Source: an uncultured Ktedonobacteraceae bacterium
GTDB taxonomy: Bacteria > Chloroflexota > Ktedonobacteria > Ktedonobacterales > Ktedonobacteraceae
Direction of reading: 5' to 3'
Assembly: GCA_955652655.1 (NCBI GenBank)
Contig: CATPCK010000675.1
Span: 1 to 33,565 of the forward strand
Length of the DNA: 33,565 nt
Positions 9,229 to 16,640 of this stretch are shown here, piece after piece; position 1 is the first letter of the stretch, and the number at the start of each line of letters is the position of its first letter. The notes beneath the pieces were generated by a model. The model did not search any database, was not told where the DNA came from, and was given only the letters and a program-made list of their open reading frames with translations. The position numbers and the translations under genes are program-made.

Positions 9229-9561
9229 ATGTCACAACAAAGAATGGATTATGATGAGGGCAATCGTCAACAGCAGGAACCCCCTTTCGGCAATTACGAG
9301 GCCGGCTATAAAGACCCTTTCATGGGTTCATATGCAGGGCAGAAACTTTCTCCCCAACAGGGATTTGGTAGCAGCAATGCTCCAGCGGGCATGCGACTGG
9401 CCCTGGCCATCGTCTCGGTAGCTGTGCTCATCCCTTTATCCGCCATCATCTTAGGGACTAGTGGAGGCAGTATCTTTAGTGGGGGGCTGATCGCTTTAGG
9501 CCTGGTCTGTCTCACTATTATGATCGTCAACATCGCCTTCAATGTCAGTTTCAGGCGCTAA
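9229..9561 (+). CDS. Small membrane protein with a Q/P/G-rich N-terminal tail and two predicted TM helices
   Basis: ATG at 9229 follows GAAGGAG at 9213..9219. The hydrophobic stretches LALAIVSVAVLIPLSAIILG and LIALGLVCLTIMIVNIAF look like TM helices. No family recognised. Confidence 0.6.
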   Translation: MSQQRMDYDEGNRQQQEPPFGNYEAGYKDPFMGSYAGQKLSPQQGFGSSNAPAGMRLALAIVSVAVLIPLSAIILGTSGGSIFSGGLIALGLVCLTIMIVNIAFNVSFRR

Positions 9562-9635
9562 GCTCATGGTACGTGTCATTCTTCGCACAGAGTGGATTTC
9601 CCGCACGCTGCCCGAAATCCGCTCCATCTGTGTAT

Positions 9636-10586
9636 TCACGAAAATAACCCCGTTGCTGTCTGCCGGGGAACAATAACTTTGAGCGCCCTGGGAACAGTGG
9701 TAAAGCGGGCGGGAGTATAACCCGATGGATCACCGTCAACCTGGATAGCAACCGGCTTGCGTGTATGCACCTCCAACGTCTTGCATTGTTCATAGCTCAC
9801 CCACTGCTGGCGTTGCTCGCGGTGAAATAGAAAATCCCACACTACCATGAGCCGCCCCAACATACTGCGTCTGCGCACCACACATACATCAAGCAGCCCA
9901 TCGTCACATTTTGCCTGCCAGGTATATTTGATTGCGCCGCCATAGAGCTGTGTATTCCCAACAACAATTTGCAGGGCGTTTCTCCTCAACAGCCGCCCGT
10001 TGATCGTTAAATATGCGCGAAAACTCTCATATCCAAACCCCAGCCATGCCCCAACGAGCAGATAACCCAGGACACCCAGCCGCTTGATGGGTGTTTTCTC
10101 GATCGCCTGTGCTATTACGGCATCAAGGCCGATACCAACCATCAACAGGAAGTAGCGATCATTCACCTTACCCAGGTCAATACGCCGCGTCTCTCCATGG
10201 AGCAAAACGGCATATGCGCCAGCATTATCCAGTGGAATATTCATCTCTCTGGCCCACACATTGACAGTGCCGGAGGGAAGCACTCCCAGCGCGGTCTCGC
10301 TGCCGGCCAATTCCTGGATGACCTCGTTAATCGTACCATCACCGCCAGCCGCGATGACCACATTGACCTGTTGTGCTACAGCTTCTCGCGCCTGCTGACG
10401 TGCGTCACCAACCTCCTTCGTCAGTCGAAGCTCAACACTCCATCCCGACCTGCGCAGATAAGCCAGGGTTTCTTCCATCTGCCTCGCGTAATGGAAGTAG
10501 CTCCCTGAAGCCGGATTCGCTATTACTACAGCGGAGCAAGAAACTCGTCCAGGAGGAAATGCTTTAATGGAATCTTTTTTCGCCAT
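9636..10586 (-). CDS. Diacylglycerol-kinase-family lipid kinase (YegS/DagK-like)
   Basis: VVIANPASGS, VVIAAGGDGTINEV and LGVLPSGTVNVWAREM are DAGK catalytic-domain motifs. 316 aa. Confidence 0.88.
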   Translation of the reverse strand: MAKKDSIKAFPPGRVSCSAVVIANPASGSYFHYARQMEETLAYLRRSGWSVELRLTKEVGDARQQAREAVAQQVNVVIAAGGDGTINEVIQELAGSETALGVLPSGTVNVWAREMNIPLDNAGAYAVLLHGETRRIDLGKVNDRYFLLMVGIGLDAVIAQAIEKTPIKRLGVLGYLLVGAWLGFGYESFRAYLTINGRLLRRNALQIVVGNTQLYGGAIKYTWQAKCDDGLLDVCVVRRRSMLGRLMVVWDFLFHREQRQQWVSYEQCKTLEVHTRKPVAIQVDGDPSGYTPARFTTVPRALKVIVPRQTATGLFS

Positions 10587-10779
10587 TTGATGTACAGGTT
10601 CCCGCTTGTTGTGTTCGCTATTTCAAAATTAGGAAGAGGATTTTTACGTGTTCTCTTTGTTCTCTCTGTTCTTGACTTGCCGATAACCTCTCCAGTTGAA
10701 CTAGTTCATGTATATCATTTGAATATACGCCATCACCCTCTGGATTGTTGTAGTTTCATCCGTGTAAATTACAGGGAAA

Positions 10780-13395
10780 TCAATCAACCCGCGGCACACG
10801 GGCCAGGATAGCCGAGACTACTTCATAGTTACTGGTACCCAGGCGCTGCGCTACTATCTCCGCGGTCAGCGATGCCTCTCCCTGTCGACCAATCAACACC
10901 ACCTCATCACCGACCCGCGTTTCAGGGATATGTGAGACATTGATGATACATTGATCCATACAAACACGCCCAAGGATAGGTGCTTCTTGTCCATGAAGCA
11001 GCACGCCTCCCCAGTTGGCAGGCGCTCGCCTGAAGCCGTCGGCGTAACCCACCGGCAGGACTGCTACACGCGTAGGCTCCTCAGTTTTATAGGTACAGCC
11101 GTAGCTGATACACTCGCCCGCCGGGATTACCTTGACCTGCGCCACCTGGGTTTTGAATGAGAGCGCTGGACGAAAGTACGCCGGGATAGGTACTTCTGCC
11201 GAGGGGTCAAGCCCATAGAGCGCTATTCCTGGCCGTACCATATCAAAACGTGCTTCTGGTAGGCTTAACAGGGCCGCGCTGTTGGCGGCATGGACAAGGG
11301 ATGGACGCAGTCCTTCCCGCTCTAATGCATGCAATATTTGCTGAAAACGCGCAAGCTGCAGGCGTGCGTGCGACTGATCCTGTGTATCGGCCATCGCAAA
11401 ATGCGTAAAGATGCCTTCCATTTCAAGGCCTGGCAACATCAGTATCTCATGTACAAGAGCCATGACCTCGTCGACCTGTTCTGCCCGTATACCCAATCGA
11501 CCCATACCAGTATCCACCTTGACATGAACTTTGACGCTCTGCCCAAGGGCAAGAGCCGCGCGCGAGAGTGCATGAGCTGACTCTAGTGTGTAGAGGGTAA
11601 TGATCAGACTTAAACGTACGGCTTCGCGCATCTGCCAGGGAGGCACATAGCCAAATACCAGAATGGGTGCATCAATTCCGGCTTCACGTAATGGCCTTGC
11701 CTCACTTACCGTTGCTACCCCCAACATGCTCGCCCCATTGTGCAGCACGGTACGAGCCACTTTGACTGCGCCGTGTCCGTAGGCATCGGCCTTCAGACTC
11801 GCTAAAATGCGTACCTGTGGCCCCACCAGCTTTTTGATCTGCCGGGTATTGTTGCCGATAGCGCTCAAATCGATCTCGACCCACGTGGGGCGATCTGCAC
11901 GCATAACCACAATCTGCTTCCAGCCAGGTGTCTGACGTACCAGCAATTCAGGAGCTCGCGCAGGTTCAGCCATCAGCATCTCGGTTACCCGCTCCATGCG
12001 CGTCTCCTCGGAGCCCTTGATAAGCACGATGGCCTTTGCCTGCACATCGGTGTACTCAAGGTTCTTCACCGGCGAACCTATAATGGAGCGAGCAGCCCGT
12101 GCCGCATCTTCATGTGTCGAGGTGATGATAACCCGCTCTACCGCCAGTCCTGCTTCTTGTGCCGCTTCAGCAAGGAAGGCTGCTCGTTCTCCCCGTGTTA
12201 TCAGATAATCGACGCATGCCGCTGCTTTTCGTCCCACGACTCGATGCGCCTCTTCTTCGTAATCACCTAAGCGTAACATGTCACCGAGTACGGCAACGCG
12301 ATTGCCTGCCGGGAGTTCCTTCAGCGTTTCCAGCCCTGCGATCATCGAGGCGGGACTGGCATTGTGGGTGTCGTCAAGGAGTGTAGTAAAGCCCGGACCT
12401 GGCAGGGGTGATAGTCTCCCAGGAAGTGTATGCACACTGGACAGCGCTTGCTGTATCTCTTCAGCCTGCAAACCACACTGTTTTCCAACGTAATATGCGG
12501 CAAGCATACTTGTCACATAATGCCTCCCTAAGAGGCGCGAAGAAAGCGCCACCAAGCGCTCTCTGTGTGTATTTCCGCTCGTATCAGCCAGGACGCAGGA
12601 TAAGGTCCATGCAACATGTAGATCACGCACAGCTGAGGGAGCAAAGCTTGTGATAGATGCGACACAGCGTACTGTTAAAGTGCGAATCATTGCGTCATCA
12701 CCATTGACAATTGCCAGCCCATCTTCAGGCAGTGCGGTGAGTAGTGTTCCCAATTCGGCGGCAAGTCGCTCAAGCGTGCCAAAATACTGTAGTTGCGTCG
12801 GGCTGATGTTTGTGAGGACGCCGATCTGTGGGTGAGTGATCTGGCAAAGATCTCTGATTTCCCCCGGATGATCGCAGCTCAGCTCCAATACTGCGTATTC
12901 ATGGCGCTCTTCCAGGCGACCCAGCGAGAGGGGAAGCCCGAGCAAATCGTTATAGTTTTGCCAGCTTTTGAATGTGGCGAAATTACTTGAAAGCACTGTG
13001 GCAATAGCCTCTTTCGTGGTCGTTTTACCCGTACTGCCAGTAACTGCGATGACAATGGGGTGCCATCGCCGTAAGATGAAGCGTGCATAATCCTGCAAAG
13101 CTATTCGAGTGTCGGCCACTGTGATGGTCGCGGCTCCTGAGCGCTCCAGTGCTGTACGAGTCTCTTCAGAGAGAGATGCCATGACTCGCGCCTCCAGCAG
13201 CAAACCCGCCGCCCCTCGGCCTACCGCATCTAGCAGGTAATCGTGCCCATCGCCCTGTTCTCCCCTCACCGCTACAAACATCTCTCCAGGAATCAACTGG
13301 CGGGTATCATGGCAAAAAGTATCGAAGCGCTGCTGCTTTCCATTATAAATGAGCGCTCCGTTTGTCGCTTCCAGGATGTGTTCGAGGTAAATCAT
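10780..13395 (-). CDS. murF: Bifunctional UDP-MurNAc-tripeptide--D-alanyl-D-alanine ligase (MurF) / alanine racemase (Alr) fusion
   Basis: The N-terminal ~470 aa are MurF-like (P-loop VTGSTGKTTTKE, DDTHNASP, the Mur ligase C-domain). The C-terminal ~380 aa are Alr-like (PTWVEIDL, the PLP-lysine block SLKADAYGHGA, YGL.PS, PVGYADG, GRVCMDQ). It is one uninterrupted 871-aa frame. Confidence 0.92.
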   Translation of the reverse strand: MIYLEHILEATNGALIYNGKQQRFDTFCHDTRQLIPGEMFVAVRGEQGDGHDYLLDAVGRGAAGLLLEARVMASLSEETRTALERSGAATITVADTRIALQDYARFILRRWHPIVIAVTGSTGKTTTKEAIATVLSSNFATFKSWQNYNDLLGLPLSLGRLEERHEYAVLELSCDHPGEIRDLCQITHPQIGVLTNISPTQLQYFGTLERLAAELGTLLTALPEDGLAIVNGDDAMIRTLTVRCVASITSFAPSAVRDLHVAWTLSCVLADTSGNTHRERLVALSSRLLGRHYVTSMLAAYYVGKQCGLQAEEIQQALSSVHTLPGRLSPLPGPGFTTLLDDTHNASPASMIAGLETLKELPAGNRVAVLGDMLRLGDYEEEAHRVVGRKAAACVDYLITRGERAAFLAEAAQEAGLAVERVIITSTHEDAARAARSIIGSPVKNLEYTDVQAKAIVLIKGSEETRMERVTEMLMAEPARAPELLVRQTPGWKQIVVMRADRPTWVEIDLSAIGNNTRQIKKLVGPQVRILASLKADAYGHGAVKVARTVLHNGASMLGVATVSEARPLREAGIDAPILVFGYVPPWQMREAVRLSLIITLYTLESAHALSRAALALGQSVKVHVKVDTGMGRLGIRAEQVDEVMALVHEILMLPGLEMEGIFTHFAMADTQDQSHARLQLARFQQILHALEREGLRPSLVHAANSAALLSLPEARFDMVRPGIALYGLDPSAEVPIPAYFRPALSFKTQVAQVKVIPAGECISYGCTYKTEEPTRVAVLPVGYADGFRRAPANWGGVLLHGQEAPILGRVCMDQCIINVSHIPETRVGDEVVLIGRQGEASLTAEIVAQRLGTSNYEVVSAILARVPRVD

Positions 13396-13409
13396 AACCG
13401 GCCTTCAAC

Positions 13410-14555
13410 TCATCTCGCCAAAATATACTGCATAGGGCTGACCTGCTTGATCATCCCCTTCATCTCCATCATCATGAGCGTCGAGGTTACGGTCATTGTA
13501 GGAAGCTCCGATCCGCGGATAATCTCATCGATATGGAGAGGATCATGACTGAGTAATGGTAGGAGTGCACCCTCTTCTTCGTTATCCGGCAGGGCCGCTT
13601 GCATCTCGATATGCTCCGGAATCATAAAGAGATTGAGCGCCATCAGAATATCCTGCACATCGGTTACCAGGTGCGCCCCATCTTGAATGAGCTTGTTAAC
13701 ACCAACACTTCCCATCGCGAAGATACCATTTGGAACGGCAAACACTTCACGGCCATGTTCAAGCGCAAAATTGGCTGTAATCAACGATCCGCTTTGTTTA
13801 GGTGCTTCCGTGACCAGTACACCCTGGGAGAGACCTGAAATAATGCGGTTGCGTGCTGGAAAATTCTTGCTGTCCGGTTTGACGCCCAGGGGAAATTCTG
13901 TCAGCAATGCTCCCTGTCCAGATTCCACAATGCGCCGGGCCAGGCTGGTATTTTCTTGTGGGTAGATGATATCGAGACCACTCGCCATGACAGCGATGGT
14001 GCGTCCTCCCGCGTCTAATGCGGCTGTGTGCGCTATAGCATCAATCCCATGTGCTAGTCCGCTCACAATCGTCACGTTTCCCTGTGCCAGCTCGCGCGCA
14101 AATTGCTCAGTCACCTGGCGACCATACGCAGATACCTTGCGCGTACCAACAATCCCCAGCGCAAAGCTATCTTCTTCCTTTTTTAAGGTACCGGCAACAT
14201 ACAGGACGGTTGGGGCATTGCTTATATCCTTCAGCAAGGACGGATACGCATTATCCCTAATGGTAATGACTTGCACCCGCAAACGTTCCAGTTTCTCCAA
14301 CTCCCGCTGTGGATTACTGCTAGCACGCTGCTTGATGAAACTTTCGATGATGGTCTGATCAAGTCCAGCCTGTGCCAACTCTTTCCTATTAGCTTTCCAG
14401 GCTGCAGCGACATCATCGTGAAAATAATCCAGCAGCATTTTGAAGCGCACCGGCCCAATACCAAGAATGCGGGTAAAGGCCACCCAGTAAGCCAGCTCAT
14501 CCAATGATAGGCTATCAGACGGGTAGTAGCGACTGGGTTCGTCAAACACTTCCAA
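13410..14555 (-). CDS. dprA: DNA-processing protein DprA (Smf)
   Basis: GIVGTRKVSAYG, IVSGLAHGIDAIAH, the IAVMASGLD.IYP.EN Rossmann-like core, FPARNRIISGL, and a C-terminal winged-helix-like tail. TTG start at 14553..14555 follows AAGGAGG with 6-nt spacing. Confidence 0.9.
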   Translation of the reverse strand: MEVFDEPSRYYPSDSLSLDELAYWVAFTRILGIGPVRFKMLLDYFHDDVAAAWKANRKELAQAGLDQTIIESFIKQRASSNPQRELEKLERLRVQVITIRDNAYPSLLKDISNAPTVLYVAGTLKKEEDSFALGIVGTRKVSAYGRQVTEQFARELAQGNVTIVSGLAHGIDAIAHTAALDAGGRTIAVMASGLDIIYPQENTSLARRIVESGQGALLTEFPLGVKPDSKNFPARNRIISGLSQGVLVTEAPKQSGSLITANFALEHGREVFAVPNGIFAMGSVGVNKLIQDGAHLVTDVQDILMALNLFMIPEHIEMQAALPDNEEEGALLPLLSHDPLHIDEIIRGSELPTMTVTSTLMMMEMKGMIKQVSPMQYILAR

Positions 14556-14602
14556 CTCAGACCTCCTTATAGATATGAGAGCAAATACGATGGCACCTGC
14601 AA

Positions 14603-16357
14603 TTACTCCTGCGGAGCTTTTTTCTGCGGTTGTTGATTGACATTCTCATTGAAAGGTCCAAAAGGAGCTAACATTGAGTCTGCACCATCATCACCTTCCT
14701 CCTCGCCAATTGCTGGAGGAGCTGGCTGAGGCTGAATTGGTAATCGTGGCGGCATGGGTGCCGGTTGAACTGGTGGGCTTGCAGGCGGTGCACCAAAGGC
14801 TTGCTCCGGCACGAAAGAGGGAAACGGCATGTACGTTTGTGGCGAAGGCCCCTGGTTTCCCCAGGTATGGCCAGGTTGCTGTGATGACGCCTGGTACGGC
14901 GGGTAATACATCTGTTGCGGTGATGTTGGATATTCTATGGCTGGTGTTGCTGGTCTATATTGCAAAGGACCAGCATAGCCACTATTGGTGTTTCTTTGCA
15001 AGGGCAACTGACCAACTGGCTGATAATGTTGCACAGCCTCCGCCGCCAACGCCTGCTGGCGCTTGCGCCTCTGGTAGACCAGAATTGCCACGATACCTAT
15101 AATTGGCAGGAGAATCAGCACAGAACCGGCAGTGATAAACACCGGAGCAGTGCTATCCGTTGTGCTAGTCTGAGTTTGACTTGTTTGTACCAGCGCTCGC
15201 GGCGTAGGCGTAACCTGATTTGGAAGCAGTATTCCCGGCTGACCCAGATGGAGACGCCATTGATTTTCCAGGTGATCCTGGTCTTGTCCAATTGCCTGCA
15301 CCAGGTCCTCGCTAAAAGCTACCTCGGGATCATTCATCTTCTTGATCAGCAGCCTCATTTTGCTCTGGCCAAAGGTAGTATACATATAACTAATCAGGTT
15401 CCAACTCTGGGCATAGGCGAGATACGCCTGGTCACTATCAGAGGGAAAGCCATCAGAGATGGTGTAGAGCCGCAGCAGCGACTTCTTGAAGAGCGCCCGT
15501 TCAAAACGAGCTTTCATCTCTGGCTCGTGATACAACTGGTTATAAACCGCTAACCCTTCGTCAAACCACGTGGGAGCCTGCTGGCCTTGAGCAATTAGCT
15601 GGTGAAAAACAAGATGGGTCAATTCATGCTGCATATCGCGTACAAGCGTATCATCATTTTCATCAATCGCACTAATGAAAGCCTCATTTAGTGCCGGGTG
15701 AGCTTCACCTCCCACCCATTCATAGGAACCAGGAGCAAGTGCTCCATGAAAATCCTGGTTGCTGGCGTAAACCCAAAGATTGATAGGATGGAGGGGACCA
15801 CTCCCAAGCGTCTGGCTGATATGGTTGAGGCTATCGTTGGCCCGATTCAGCAGTAGCTGGCCAAAATTAGCCGGACGATTATACCAGTTGACCTGTAACA
15901 AACCCTGAGAAAGATGCTGCCAGGAGTAACGGGTATCGAGGGTTTTGAAATCCTGAGGCGACTCCGTGTGAAAGTTATTTGAGCTATCCTGCAGTACCCA
16001 GTTGTATTCAACAGGTGTCCCAGGAGTATGAAAATTATCGCCGCTTGTTTCTTCATGCCAATGAACCGTGACAAACTGCGCCGGCCTGATCAAGGTTATC
16101 GAGTGTTCCTTTGCAAAGGAGTATGGCGGCTCTTTATAGGTAATATAAATTATGGCCTGAACAATAGAGCTAGCAGTATCTTTCGCGGTCATTGTAAAGT
16201 CGATTGAGCCAGGAAAATGAACCACGTCAGATTCAGAGATCACGGTAATGGGGTCAGCTGCAGCAAATGCTTTCGTTGAAAAAGCCAGTGGGAAAAGAAA
16301 AAAGCTACAAAGGAAGAGCAGCAAGAATCTTATAAGATGAATGGGCCGCAGGGACAT
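14603..16357 (-). CDS. Secreted/membrane-anchored MA-clan zinc metallopeptidase-like protein with a long P/Q/Y-rich cytoplasmic tail
   Basis: ATG at 16355..16357 follows GAGGAG. Order of parts: signal/anchor peptide (LLLFLCSFFLFPLAFSTKAFA); HELTHLVFH (HExxH) followed by WFDEGLAVY, typical of peptidase_MA-like domains; TM helix (VFITAGSVLILLPIIGIVAILVY); then a ~170-aa proline/glutamine/tyrosine-rich tail. Confidence 0.8.
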   Translation of the reverse strand: MSLRPIHLIRFLLLFLCSFFLFPLAFSTKAFAAADPITVISESDVVHFPGSIDFTMTAKDTASSIVQAIIYITYKEPPYSFAKEHSITLIRPAQFVTVHWHEETSGDNFHTPGTPVEYNWVLQDSSNNFHTESPQDFKTLDTRYSWQHLSQGLLQVNWYNRPANFGQLLLNRANDSLNHISQTLGSGPLHPINLWVYASNQDFHGALAPGSYEWVGGEAHPALNEAFISAIDENDDTLVRDMQHELTHLVFHQLIAQGQQAPTWFDEGLAVYNQLYHEPEMKARFERALFKKSLLRLYTISDGFPSDSDQAYLAYAQSWNLISYMYTTFGQSKMRLLIKKMNDPEVAFSEDLVQAIGQDQDHLENQWRLHLGQPGILLPNQVTPTPRALVQTSQTQTSTTDSTAPVFITAGSVLILLPIIGIVAILVYQRRKRQQALAAEAVQHYQPVGQLPLQRNTNSGYAGPLQYRPATPAIEYPTSPQQMYYPPYQASSQQPGHTWGNQGPSPQTYMPFPSFVPEQAFGAPPASPPVQPAPMPPRLPIQPQPAPPAIGEEEGDDGADSMLAPFGPFNENVNQQPQKKAPQE

Positions 16358-16640
16358 CAATGTGTCTCCTCTCAAGAATACATAGTCTTGTTTTCTTGTT
16401 TTCTTGTTTACATGTACGTTTTTCCTATTGTACATGATTTGTCATGACCTGAACAGGTAGTTTTGTTAAAGTACTCAATCTTGCGCGTTAAGATAATTGT
16501 CCAGCAGACGACGTAGATAGGCGAGGAGTTTGGATAGTTCTACAATCCCCTGAAAATTATCTCTATATCTCGTTCTTTCTGGATAAAGGACGGCTAGTGC
16601 TGAGCGGGAAAATACAAGGTATCAAGGATGAGTAACCTGC

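Noticed and set aside
10587-10811. 74-aa plus-strand ORF in the murF-alr / lipid-kinase intergenic region
   Set aside because: It has no RBS, runs antisense to the operon direction, overlaps the murF-alr 3' end, and has a hydrophobic low-information sequence.
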